Of a DNA stretch of 64,000 nucleotides, positions 1-8,204 are shown in pieces; positions within the stretch are counted from its first letter, which is position 1, and the number at the start of each line of letters is the position of its first letter. A model generated the notes under the pieces. That model saw nothing but the letters and a program-made list of their open reading frames with translations. It ran no database searches and was not told where the DNA came from. This DNA comes from a virus, in the IMG/VR virus record IMGVR_UViG_3300044611_001420; one strand, 5' to 3'. The translations under genes and the position numbers were made by a program.

Positions 1-68
1 GAATTATGGTATTCACAATACTCTGCTTTGTCTTACTGACTGTTGGAATGATTTATGAATGATAAAAA

Positions 69-76
69 TATAAATA
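69..76 (+). promoter_or_regulatory. T4-type late promoter (TATAAATA)
   Basis: Exact TATAAATA in intergenic space about 20 nt upstream of the ATG at 96. Confidence 0.7.
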
Positions 77-95
77 CTTAAAAGGTATTTGTACT

Positions 96-506
96 ATGGA
101 CGCACAAGAATTTCGTAGTCTTCAAGAAGCATATATGGAAGTTGTTATTGGTGAAGGAACTAATGATAAAGAATATGATGTTCACGGAAGAAGAAAAAAA
201 TTAATGCCAAAAAGAAATCCTGAAAAAGTGGGGCAGGAAAAACCAACAGTAAGAAAAGCAAAACAAAATCCCTCATTTTTCAGTAATCAAAAATATGGAA
301 TGTTAGGTACTACAAATTTTGGTAGTATGTCTGGAAAAATGACTAAAAGTGAAAGAAATATGAAAAGAACTCAAAAAGAACAAGTAGATATTTACGACAT
401 CATTCTTTCACATTTACTTGATGAAGGATATGCTGAAACACCAGAAGCAGCAGAATCTATTATGGTGAATATGAGTGAAGAGTGGAGACAAAGTATTATT
501 GGTTGA
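96..506 (+). CDS. Hypothetical late protein, possibly an internal head protein
   Basis: N-terminus MDAQEFRSLQEAY, basic middle, acidic C-terminal block VDIYDIILSHLLDEGYAETPEAAESIMVNMSEEWRQSII of the kind seen in cyanomyovirus hypothetical proteins; late promoter upstream. Confidence 0.75.
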   Translation: MDAQEFRSLQEAYMEVVIGEGTNDKEYDVHGRRKKLMPKRNPEKVGQEKPTVRKAKQNPSFFSNQKYGMLGTTNFGSMSGKMTKSERNMKRTQKEQVDIYDIILSHLLDEGYAETPEAAESIMVNMSEEWRQSIIG

Positions 507-529
507 GTATAATGTGATATGATACGGAG

Positions 530-554
530 GAGACCTGTGAAGGTCTCTTTTTTT
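530..554 (+). terminator. Rho-independent terminator
   Basis: GAGACCT-GTGA-AGGTCTC stem with a GNRA loop followed by T7. Confidence 0.75.
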
Positions 555-561
555 ATAAATA
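554..561 (+). promoter_or_regulatory. T4-type late promoter for the HNH endonuclease
   Basis: Exact TATAAATA about 30 nt upstream of the ATG at 591. Confidence 0.65.
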
Positions 562-590
562 ATAATGTAGTAGAGACAGCAACAGTAAGA

Positions 591-1169
591 ATGAAACATA
601 AACATCATATTGTTCCAAGACATATGGGTGGAACTGACGACTCATCAAATCTTATTGAACTGACTGTGGAAGAACACGCAGAGGCACACAGAAAGTTGTG
701 GGAGCAATATGGTAATATCAAAGATTATTGTGCTTGGAAAGGTTTAGAAGGAACTATTGGTAAAGAAGAGATTGTAAGGTTGCTGATGGACCCAACTGGA
801 AGAGTTCATACAGAAGAAACAAAACAAAAAATCAGTCAATCACATAAAGGTAAGTTGAAGCATACAGAAGAGAGTAAAGAAAAGTTGAGACAGTTTAGAA
901 CTGGTATGAAGTTGAGTGAGGAGCATAAGGCAAAAATCTCAAAGAGTTTAGAAGGTAATACTCGTATGGTTGGTAAAAAGTTGAGTGAAGAAACAAAACA
1001 AAAGTTGAGTGAGGCAGGTAAAGGTAATAAGAATGCTTCTAAAAATCCAAATATTAGTGAAGAAGAAAGAGAGAGAAGAAGTGAAGCAACAAAAGAGAGA
1101 TGGAGGAAATATAGAGAGGCAAAGGGACTTGACCCAGATAAACCGATTGATAAAAGATACGGTAAGTAG
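591..1169 (+). CDS. Free-standing HNH homing endonuclease with NUMOD3-type repeats
   Basis: HHIVPRHMGGTDDSSNLIELTVEEHAEAH HNH core, then HTEETKQKIS, HTEESKEKL and LSEEHKAKIS repeats. ATG 591 is preferred over 519 because a terminator and promoter lie between them. Confidence 0.85.
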   Translation: MKHKHHIVPRHMGGTDDSSNLIELTVEEHAEAHRKLWEQYGNIKDYCAWKGLEGTIGKEEIVRLLMDPTGRVHTEETKQKISQSHKGKLKHTEESKEKLRQFRTGMKLSEEHKAKISKSLEGNTRMVGKKLSEETKQKLSEAGKGNKNASKNPNISEEERERRSEATKERWRKYREAKGLDPDKPIDKRYGK

Positions 1170-1178
1170 AAATCTCTA

Positions 1179-1207
1179 TTGACCTATTTTGTGAAGTATT
1201 GTAAACT
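1179..1207 (+). promoter_or_regulatory. Sigma70-type promoter of psbD overlapping an HLR1-like direct repeat
   Basis: TTGACC-17 nt-TAAACT. The minus strand of 1188-1205 reads TTTACAAT-AC-TTCACAAA. AGGAGG RBS precedes psbD. Confidence 0.6.
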
Positions 1208-1236
1208 AAATATGAGAAATACTAAAAGGAGGATTG

Positions 1237-2298
1237 ATGGTATCTTCATCACTTTCATTACCAAACCAACAACGAAGTTGGTTTGATTTACTTGATGATT
1301 GGTTGAAAAGAGATAGGTTTGTGTTTATTGGATGGAGTGGTTTACTTTTTATGCCTTGTGCTTACCTAGCATTAGGTGGATGGTTTACTGGAATTACATT
1401 CGTCACGAGTTTTTATACACACGGTTTAGCATCCTCATTTCTAGAAGGTTGTAATGCGTTGACCGCTGCGGTAAGCACCCCAGCAGACGCTATGGGTCAT
1501 TCTCTTCTTCTACTTTGGGGTCCTGAGTCTCAGGGAGATTTCGTCCGCTGGGTCCAACTTGGGGGACTCTGGCCTTTTGTGGCACTCCACGGTGCCTTTG
1601 CTCTCATAGGTTTCATGCTTCGTCAGTTTGAAATTGCACGTTTAGTAGGAATTAGACCGTACAATGCTATTGCGTTTTCTGGGCCTATCGCTGTTTTTGT
1701 CAGTGTGTTTCTCATGTATCCACTCGGACAGTCATCTTGGTTCTTTGCGCCGTCGTTTGGTGTTGCTGCGATTTTTAGGTTCCTCCTATTCTTACAAGGT
1801 TTCCATAACTGGACGCTCAACCCCTTTCATATGATGGGAGTTGCTGGTATACTGGGAGGAGCACTGCTCTGTGCAATTCACGGAGCAACTGTAGAAAACA
1901 CTCTATTTGAAGATGGAAATCAAGCAAACACGTTCAAAGCATTTGAACCTACGCAAGAGGAAGAGACTTATTCAATGGTTACTGCAAACCGATTCTGGTC
2001 GCAGATTTTTGGAATTGCTTTTTCCAATAAGCGTTGGTTACATTTTTTCATGCTTTTTGTTCCCGTTATGGGTCTCTGGACTAGTTCTATTGGTATTATT
2101 GGTTTGGCTCTCAATCTTCGTGCTTATGATTTTGTAAGTCAGGAGATTCGTGCTGCAGAAGACCCTGAGTTTGAAACGTTCTACACGAAGAACATTCTTT
2201 TGAATGAAGGATTACGTGCTTGGATGGCACCAGTAGACCAACCAGGGGAACGGTTCGTATTTCCAGAGGAAGTTCTCCCGAGGGGCAATGCACTCTAA
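1237..2298 (+). CDS. psbD: Photosystem II reaction centre D2 protein
   Basis: [33 protein letters not shown] (TyrD), [20 protein letters not shown] and C-terminal [12 protein letters not shown]. Confidence 0.99.
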   Translation: MVSSSLSLPNQQRSWFDLLDDWLKRDRFVFIGWSGLLFMPCAYLALGGWFTGITFVTSFYTHGLASSFLEGCNALTAAVSTPADAMGHSLLLLWGPESQGDFVRWVQLGGLWPFVALHGAFALIGFMLRQFEIARLVGIRPYNAIAFSGPIAVFVSVFLMYPLGQSSWFFAPSFGVAAIFRFLLFLQGFHNWTLNPFHMMGVAGILGGALLCAIHGATVENTLFEDGNQANTFKAFEPTQEEETYSMVTANRFWSQIFGIAFSNKRWLHFFMLFVPVMGLWTSSIGIIGLALNLRAYDFVSQEIRAAEDPEFETFYTKNILLNEGLRAWMAPVDQPGERFVFPEEVLPRGNAL

Positions 2299-2308
2299 AA
2301 TAAATAAG

Positions 2309-2333
2309 GGAGTTCTACAAGAACTCCTTTTTT
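2309..2333 (+). terminator. Rho-independent terminator after psbD
   Basis: GGAGTTCT-ACA-AGAACTCC followed by a T run. Confidence 0.75.
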
Positions 2334-2439
2334 ATGGCATTTCTTCTAATACTTTTTCTCTTTGAACTTTTCGGTGTTATTATGTTCATATTATCAGTCG
2401 CACAAGATTTCTAATACATACAACAGTTACCTTTTAACT

Positions 2440-2601
2440 ATGAAAACTATAACCTTCACAGAAGACCAAATCAAACTTCTGGCAGATGCTGTATGGATGC
2501 GTCAACGTCGTTTTATTGCAGGAGATAAACGATTCAAAGAATATGGAGCAATGTTAGACACACTCCTAGAAGGAATGGACTATACTCCAAAAAGGTTTTG
2601 A
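2440..2601 (+). CDS. Small hypothetical protein
   Basis: MKTITFTEDQIKLLADAVWMRQRRFIAGDK; ATG 2440 lies within ORF 2362-2601 and the gene is tightly packed against the next one. Confidence 0.6.
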   Translation: MKTITFTEDQIKLLADAVWMRQRRFIAGDKRFKEYGAMLDTLLEGMDYTPKRF

Positions 2602-2605
2602 AACA

Positions 2606-3310
2606 ATGTTTGATGCCGTCTTCGTCAGTGATGTTCATCTAGGAACCCCTCGTTGTAATACTCAAAAGTTTTTAAAGTTTCTTAAAAACTTAAAAACCAA
2701 AAAGTTAGTATTGGTTGGTGATATTATTGATATTCACTGTATGGAAAAATATAATACTCGTTGGGCAAAAGAACATACAAAATGTGTTCATCAGATTCTA
2801 AACCTGGCAAAGAAAGGAACAGAGGTCATTTATATTCTCGGAAATCACGAAGCAGAAATTCGTCGTTATACTAATTTTGAACACAAGAACTTCCGAATGG
2901 TAGACGAATATACTCATAAAGATTCAAAAGGTAATAAGTTTTTGTGTATTCACGGAGATAAGTATTCTGAGTATTCTTCTGGGTCTTGGAAGCAGTTGAT
3001 GTTCAATAAAGGATATGAGATTATTACACCATTAAGTTTTTGGTTGGAAAGATTCTTTCGGTTCTCTTTGGTTTATGCTTTGAAGAATACGGTGAGGGGA
3101 AAGAATTATATTAATCAATATGAGACTGATATTGCATCATATTGTATTCAAAGAGATAAGAAATATGATGGTGTAATTTGTGGGCATATTCATCACGGAA
3201 ATGTGAGATACTTTAATAAACTTTTGTATATGTGCTGTGGTGATTGGTGTGATACTTGCTCTGCGATTGTGGAGAAAAATGGAATTTATGCTCTTGAAAA
3301 ATATAAATGA
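2606..3310 (+). CDS. Calcineurin-like metallophosphoesterase, LpxH (UDP-2,3-diacylglucosamine hydrolase)-like
   Basis: Complete motif set: SDVHLG, LVGDIID, LGNHE, IHGD, CGHIH, GDW. Confidence 0.85.
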   Translation: MFDAVFVSDVHLGTPRCNTQKFLKFLKNLKTKKLVLVGDIIDIHCMEKYNTRWAKEHTKCVHQILNLAKKGTEVIYILGNHEAEIRRYTNFEHKNFRMVDEYTHKDSKGNKFLCIHGDKYSEYSSGSWKQLMFNKGYEIITPLSFWLERFFRFSLVYALKNTVRGKNYINQYETDIASYCIQRDKKYDGVICGHIHHGNVRYFNKLLYMCCGDWCDTCSAIVEKNGIYALEKYK

Positions 3311-3429
3311 TTAGTTCGGAGACACCATACAAACTTGCAGAGATTATCAGGAATACCTGGCCTGGTCTTTACAGAAAACCAGAATCATCTTATAATGAAG
3401 AAAAGGAATTGAAAAATGAAAAAGTATAA
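3307..3429 (+). CDS. Small hypothetical protein (40 aa, not in ORF track)
   Basis: MISSETPYKLAEIIRNTWPGLYRKP; ATGA overlap with the upstream stop and fills the gap to the next gene. Confidence 0.55.
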   Translation: MISSETPYKLAEIIRNTWPGLYRKPESSYNEEKELKNEKV

Positions 3430-3706
3430 TGAAGAATATTTTTCAGTCATTGACACCAAGACTGGAAGAAAGATTGTTGATTGTGGTGATGAATTGGATG
3501 CACTTGCGATGGTTTCCTTTGACCCACAAAATCGAACGATTACAAGAAATAAGATTCTGATGAGTCCTGTGATTGATATTGAGATTCCAAAAGCACTTCC
3601 TACATCTAATGTTGTTATGTCTAATGTTCAAGAGAATGTTCGTCATCAGGAACAACTTGGGCAAATCAAATTGCCAGAAGGTCAAGGAGAACCTGTGGTG
3701 GTATGA
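3416..3706 (+). CDS. Hypothetical protein
   Basis: 96-aa ORF in a packed operon with an AAGGA RBS. Confidence 0.7.
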   Translation: MKKYNEEYFSVIDTKTGRKIVDCGDELDALAMVSFDPQNRTITRNKILMSPVIDIEIPKALPTSNVVMSNVQENVRHQEQLGQIKLPEGQGEPVVV

Positions 3707-3906
3707 ACCATCGTAAACATAAACAAGCAGAGAATCTCAAAAAGAAAAAGATGTATACACTTGAGGGTTACGTTGGAGACCCCCCAGATGCTAAATGTCC
3801 ACACTGCGGGGAATCTGGGAAATCTTGTTCTCACGTAAATAGTCTAAGTCGTGCTTGGGCAAGAGATGCTTGTGCCCATAAATACAAGAAAACTAATAAT
3901 AGTTAA
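3703..3906 (+). CDS. Small Cys-rich (putative Zn-binding) hypothetical protein
   Basis: CPHCGESGKSC...DACAH; ATGA overlap with the previous gene. Confidence 0.6.
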   Translation: MNHRKHKQAENLKKKKMYTLEGYVGDPPDAKCPHCGESGKSCSHVNSLSRAWARDACAHKYKKTNNS

Positions 3907-5838
3907 ATGGGAAGATATATTAAGACAAGAATTGTTACTGATGGATTGATTTATCTGAATGATGCTGGAAATAGCAAGTCATATTCTGGTGTAGGAACAG
4001 CAATCAAGAATTTAGTGGGTTATGGTGCCACAAATACATCATTCAATCAAACATTCGTATCCTCAGGAACAACAAGTCATTTTATATCTACATCTACTTT
4101 ATCTTATATAAGCAATACAAACGTAAGTGTAAGTGCTTCAACAGGTAGTGGTTTTACTATTTGTATGATGATTAAACCACAAACTTTGACTAGTTCTACT
4201 TGGAATTATTTTTTTCAACAATATCAATCATCTAGTAATTCATTAATAGAGATTGGTCGTTATGGAACTACGCAAGGATTTTCACTAAAAGATACTACTA
4301 AGAATGAAAATAGTATTTTGTTTGAAACTTCTTCTGTTAATAGTGATTATTTTGAATGGTATTCAAAAGTACCTGGTTATAATGGTAGTATAACAAATCA
4401 AAAAATTCAATATTGTGTTGATAATTCTCTTAGTTCAGCTGCATGTGAGACTCATTTACAAAACTCTTCCAATTATTTGTATTCAAGTGGATTTGGTACA
4501 TATACAACACCATCATCTTCGGGAATAATAACTGCAAATTATCAAACTACTTGGGTAGTTCCTGTTGGTGTAACTTCTATTACTGCTGTTTGTGTTGGGG
4601 GTGGAGGTGGATCTGGAGGTAATGATTCTGGTAATGGTCAAGGAGCAGGAGGTGGTGGAGGAGGACTTTCGTATGGAACTTTTGCTGTAACTCCAGGTGA
4701 AACTCTTTATATTCAATCTGGTGCTGGAGGAAAGGGTGGAAATGTAGAAATTTTAAATTACTATCAAGACAATAATACTACTAATAGACCTAAAACTGAT
4801 GGTACAAATGGTGGAGATAGTTATATAAAAAGGGTTGGTTATGATGCAACTGGAACAGATATTTTAATCTTATCTGGTGGAGGAAGTGGAGGAAGTGCTG
4901 GGTCAAGTAGTTCATCCGATTCTACTGGGGGAACAGGTGGAATTGGAGGACAGGGGTCAGCATCTAGTGGTGGTGGAAATGGTGGAAATGGTGGAAATGG
5001 TTATACTACCTTTGGTGGAGGTGGTGGTGGAGGAGCAGGAGGATATACAGGAGCTGGTGGAACTGGTGGATATGGATATGTTAGCCAAACAGCTGCCCAA
5101 AGAGCAGGTGGCACTGGACAGGGAGGTGGAGGAGGTGGAGGTGGAAGTTTGAATGTAGATAGTGGATCTTCTGGAAATTTTAATAGTGGTGGAGGAGTAG
5201 GAATTTATAATGCAACCAGAACAACAGGAGCTGGAGGAACTTCAACTACTGCCAGTGGAAGTGACACTAGTTCAAAGTCTGGATTGTCTGGTTCTAGTGG
5301 AACTGCACCAACAGGAAGTAGTGGAAGATATGGCATACCGAACACCTTTACTAATTATTCAACAAGAGCTGTTGGTGGAATATATGGAGGTGGTGGTGGG
5401 GCAAGTTATCAGGCAGATAGTTCTAATAGTTGGAGAGAACCTGCAAATGGTGGCAGAGGATGTGTTAGAATTGTGTGGGGAACAGGGAGAACCTTTTCAA
5501 CTTCATCTACAGTTGCTCAGGATGTTTTGTCGCAAAGATCTGCTTCTTTTTCTGATTGGACTTTTGTTGTTTGTGGTGTTACGACAGATTATAAGAGTTT
5601 TTTATCAACTAATGGAAGTTCTAAATCTGTGGGAGTTTCAACTGATTGGATGACAACAGGAGAAATCAATTTAGATAAAATTTTTGGAACAGGTTCTGAT
5701 TCTGCTGCAGGTATTACTACAGGAACAAATTCTAATTATAAATGTCATTGGAACAATTGTATGATTTATAATCGTGAATTGACAAATGAAGAAATCCAAA
5801 TAAACTTTGAAGCATTTAGACGTAAGTTTAATCTCTAA
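3907..5838 (+). CDS. LamG/concanavalin A-like virion protein with a glycine-rich insertion
   Basis: N-terminal IVTDGLIYLNDAGNSKSYSG and C-terminal MIYNRELTNEEIQINFEAFRRKF resemble phage LamG-like proteins; the centre is a Gly-rich domain from VTSITAVCVGGGGG to GGRGCVRIVWG. Confidence 0.7.
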   Translation: MGRYIKTRIVTDGLIYLNDAGNSKSYSGVGTAIKNLVGYGATNTSFNQTFVSSGTTSHFISTSTLSYISNTNVSVSASTGSGFTICMMIKPQTLTSSTWNYFFQQYQSSSNSLIEIGRYGTTQGFSLKDTTKNENSILFETSSVNSDYFEWYSKVPGYNGSITNQKIQYCVDNSLSSAACETHLQNSSNYLYSSGFGTYTTPSSSGIITANYQTTWVVPVGVTSITAVCVGGGGGSGGNDSGNGQGAGGGGGGLSYGTFAVTPGETLYIQSGAGGKGGNVEILNYYQDNNTTNRPKTDGTNGGDSYIKRVGYDATGTDILILSGGGSGGSAGSSSSSDSTGGTGGIGGQGSASSGGGNGGNGGNGYTTFGGGGGGGAGGYTGAGGTGGYGYVSQTAAQRAGGTGQGGGGGGGGSLNVDSGSSGNFNSGGGVGIYNATRTTGAGGTSTTASGSDTSSKSGLSGSSGTAPTGSSGRYGIPNTFTNYSTRAVGGIYGGGGGASYQADSSNSWREPANGGRGCVRIVWGTGRTFSTSSTVAQDVLSQRSASFSDWTFVVCGVTTDYKSFLSTNGSSKSVGVSTDWMTTGEINLDKIFGTGSDSAAGITTGTNSNYKCHWNNCMIYNRELTNEEIQINFEAFRRKFNL

Positions 5839-5861
5839 ATAATCATAAGTTGCAAAAACTT

Positions 5862-6233
5862 ATGACTCCTTTTCATTCGTCTGAAGAATATTTGTTCAAT
5901 CTTTACACAACAAGTTCTGGAGAAGCAAGACGAATATGGAGACAGCACATTAAAGAAAATTGGAATCATAAGTGTGCTTACTGTGGTTCTGAAGAAAAAT
6001 TAACTATTGATCATATAGTTCCAAGATCAAAAGGTGGAACGGATTTCACAAACAATGTTGTCTGTTGCTGCCAAGAATGCAATCATGATAAAGGACACAC
6101 AGATTGGGAAGATTGGTTCTCAAAGCAAATCTTTTTTACAGAAGAAAAAAGAAGTGCTATAATAAAATGGATGCACAATAAGCAAGAGCAAGTGCTCTAT
6201 AAATACCCTCAAAGACAAAATAAAGTTTTATAG
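5862..6233 (+). CDS. HNH endonuclease (McrA/HNH_5-like)
   Basis: CAYCG...LTIDHIVPRSKGG...NVVCCCQECNHDKG. Confidence 0.88.
   Translation: MTPFHSSEEYLFNLYTTSSGEARRIWRQHIKENWNHKCAYCGSEEKLTIDHIVPRSKGGTDFTNNVVCCCQECNHDKGHTDWEDWFSKQIFFTEEKRSAIIKWMHNKQEQVLYKYPQRQNKVL
6198..6205 (+). promoter_or_regulatory. T4-type late promoter
   Basis: Exact TATAAATA about 32 nt upstream of the glutaredoxin ATG. Confidence 0.5.
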
Positions 6234-6237
6234 TATT

Positions 6238-6486
6238 ATGAATTTTACAATTTATTCAAAACAAGGTTGCCCTTATTGCGATAAGGTAAAGACAATTTTA
6301 AATCTTCTGAGTGAATCAAAGGGATATAAAATCACTTCATATGAACTCAATACTGATTTTAATAGAGAGCAATTCTATTCCGAATTTGGGGAAGGTTCAA
6401 CATTTCCTCAGGTAATTTTAAATGATTTGCATCTTGGTGGATGTACTGATACGATCTCGTATTTGAAAGAAAATAATATGCTCTGA
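6238..6486 (+). CDS. nrdC: Glutaredoxin
   Basis: YSKQGCPYCDK, TFPQV and GGCTD motifs. Confidence 0.93.
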   Translation: MNFTIYSKQGCPYCDKVKTILNLLSESKGYKITSYELNTDFNREQFYSEFGEGSTFPQVILNDLHLGGCTDTISYLKENNML

Positions 6487-6488
6487 TC

Positions 6489-6674
6489 GTGTCTATAAAT
6501 AATTTTGGAAATTATGGCATTAATCGTGGTTTTGAGTTAATGCTTAGAAAAAAAGGAGGAGAGAAAAAGGAAACAAAATTGACATTAAGAACTTTCAATT
6601 TTGAAAAAGTATTTTCTTTCCTTAAAAGAGAGATATATTTCAAAATTGAATTAGATATAATGAAAAAAAAGTAG
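6489..6674 (+). CDS. Hypothetical protein
   Basis: Basic 61-aa ORF. TATAAATA at 6494-6501 suggests the real start may be ATG 6540. Confidence 0.5.
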   Translation: MSINNFGNYGINRGFELMLRKKGGEKKETKLTLRTFNFEKVFSFLKREIYFKIELDIMKKK

Positions 6675-6691
6675 TCTCTCGGAGAAGATCA

Positions 6692-6928
6692 ATGACAGCA
6701 ACGTATTTAGTATTTGGTTCTTTTTTATTTGTTTTGTTTTTTATGGTGGGACTTTTTATCGGATGGAGTGCCAGAGAATATATGATGAACTATCAAGAAG
6801 GACCAAAACAAATTGCTTATCATCCAGAGTTTTACAATAAAAATGGTGAGTTAATTGATCAAGAAATTGTTTCAGTAAGATTTGATCCTGATTATTTTAT
6901 TGATGAAGATGATAGTGATAATGATTGA
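6692..6928 (+). CDS. Small membrane protein
   Basis: N-terminal transmembrane helix, HPEFYNKNGELID motif and acidic tail; GGAG RBS. Confidence 0.75.
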   Translation: MTATYLVFGSFLFVLFFMVGLFIGWSAREYMMNYQEGPKQIAYHPEFYNKNGELIDQEIVSVRFDPDYFIDEDDSDND

Positions 6929-6965
6929 TAAATAAATTTAATTAATTTAATTCTGCATTAATTTT

Positions 6966-7556
6966 ATGACAATGACAGTAAAAGAAAAAACAACGACTAA
7001 AAGAACCACTTCAAAAGCAAAAGAAGTTGTAAATGAAAATATAGATCTTCCTGCAAATCCTTTTGCTTTTGAAGTTTTAAATCTTGCTAGTTCACAAAGA
7101 ACTAATGTAAAAAAAGTCGAAGTGCTTAAAAAATATGAGCACGATTCATTAAAAGCAATTTTTATATGGAATTTTGATGAATCGGTAATATCCGTTTTAC
7201 CAGAAGGTGATGTTCCCTTTTTTGGGGATAATACGATGAAGACGACAACAATGTCTGAAAGAATTGAAGAAGCAGTTAAACAATTGAGTGATTCTTCAAT
7301 CGGAGCAATTGACCAAAAGTATTCTACAATACGTAAGGAATATGATAAATTTTATAACTTTGTAAAGGGTGGTAATGATTCTTTAAATGGTATTCGTAGA
7401 GAAAATATTTTTGTAAATCTGTTGGAAGGTTTACATCCATTAGAAGCAGAGATTCTTTGTTTGTGTAAAGATAAAAAATTACAAACAAGATATAAAATTA
7501 CTAAAGAAATAGTTTCTGAAGCATACCCAGATATTACTTGGGGAAATAGAAGTTAA
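6966..7556 (+). CDS. Conserved T4-like cyanophage hypothetical protein
   Basis: WNFDESVISVLPEGDVPF...RRENIFVNLLEGLHPLEAEIL. Confidence 0.8.
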   Translation: MTMTVKEKTTTKRTTSKAKEVVNENIDLPANPFAFEVLNLASSQRTNVKKVEVLKKYEHDSLKAIFIWNFDESVISVLPEGDVPFFGDNTMKTTTMSERIEEAVKQLSDSSIGAIDQKYSTIRKEYDKFYNFVKGGNDSLNGIRRENIFVNLLEGLHPLEAEILCLCKDKKLQTRYKITKEIVSEAYPDITWGNRS

Positions 7557-7558
7557 TT

Positions 7559-7816
7559 ATGCTAATAATACATAAAAATTGTGATCCTTCTGTATCAAAT
7601 AATAAAAGTTTACCCAGGAACTCTTATTTAATTACATATCTTGAAGATGATCAAACAAAATATGATATTGTTCAAGCAGGTTCGTTTGTAGAAGTATTTG
7701 ATAATTACTACGACCAATATGGTAAAGGCAATATCTTAAAGATTAAATGGACAGAAGGAACTGTAAATCCAAAATCATATAACTATCAAGTTAAAGATAA
7801 AAAAACAAAAAAATAA
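7559..7816 (+). CDS. Hypothetical protein
   Basis: 85-aa ORF, operonic with its neighbours. Confidence 0.7.
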   Translation: MLIIHKNCDPSVSNNKSLPRNSYLITYLEDDQTKYDIVQAGSFVEVFDNYYDQYGKGNILKIKWTEGTVNPKSYNYQVKDKKTKK

Positions 7817-7819
7817 GAT

Positions 7820-7858
7820 AAAGGGGGGATTGTCTTCTCCCTTTTTTTGTGTTAACAT
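7820..7858 (+). terminator. Terminator hairpin, possibly overlapping a sigma70 promoter
   Basis: AAAGGGGGGA-ttgtct-TCTCCCTTTT plus a T run; TTGTCT-17-TAACAT at 7830-7858. Confidence 0.5.
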
Positions 7859-7879
7859 AAAGTGAGAAGAAAACATTCT

Positions 7880-8044
7880 ATGGATAAAGAAAAACTAAAA
7901 CTTATTGTCCGTAATTTGGAACTTTTAGTTGATTCTCTAAAGGCAGAAATTTATTCTGATGTTTCTGCTTACACTCCTATGAAACCGATGGGAAAAAGAC
8001 CAATTTTAGATTACGACGAAATCTTTGAGGATGATAATGACTAA
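7880..8044 (+). CDS. Small conserved hypothetical protein
   Basis: MDKEKLKLIVRNLELLVDSLKAEIYSD...LDYDEIFEDD. Confidence 0.7.
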   Translation: MDKEKLKLIVRNLELLVDSLKAEIYSDVSAYTPMKPMGKRPILDYDEIFEDDND

Positions 8045-8204
8045 TAGAGCACGAGAACTAGTAAAGTTGCTTGAAAGATTGACAAAACAAGAACACCTAT
8101 ATTCTTCTGAGCAACTGATTGATATGAAAAAACAACTGCGAGTAGTAAAACAAGAACTTGCAGAACTTGAAGCAAAAACAACAAAAGGATTTGGAAAGAA
8201 ATGA
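8037..8204 (+). CDS. Small coiled-coil hypothetical protein (55 aa, not in ORF track)
   Basis: MTNRARELVKLLERLTKQEHLYSSEQL...KGFGKK; overlaps both neighbours and ends in an ATGA overlap with thyX. Confidence 0.65.
   Translation: MTNRARELVKLLERLTKQEHLYSSEQLIDMKKQLRVVKQELAELEAKTTKGFGKK

Noticed and set aside
1-62. Possible 3' end of a small hydrophobic ORF (IMVFTILCFVLLTVGMIYE*)
   Set aside because: Truncated by the window edge and too short to support.
1237-2298. Intron or intein in psbD, or in thyX
   Set aside because: Both ORFs are continuous and of normal length; the endonucleases are free-standing.
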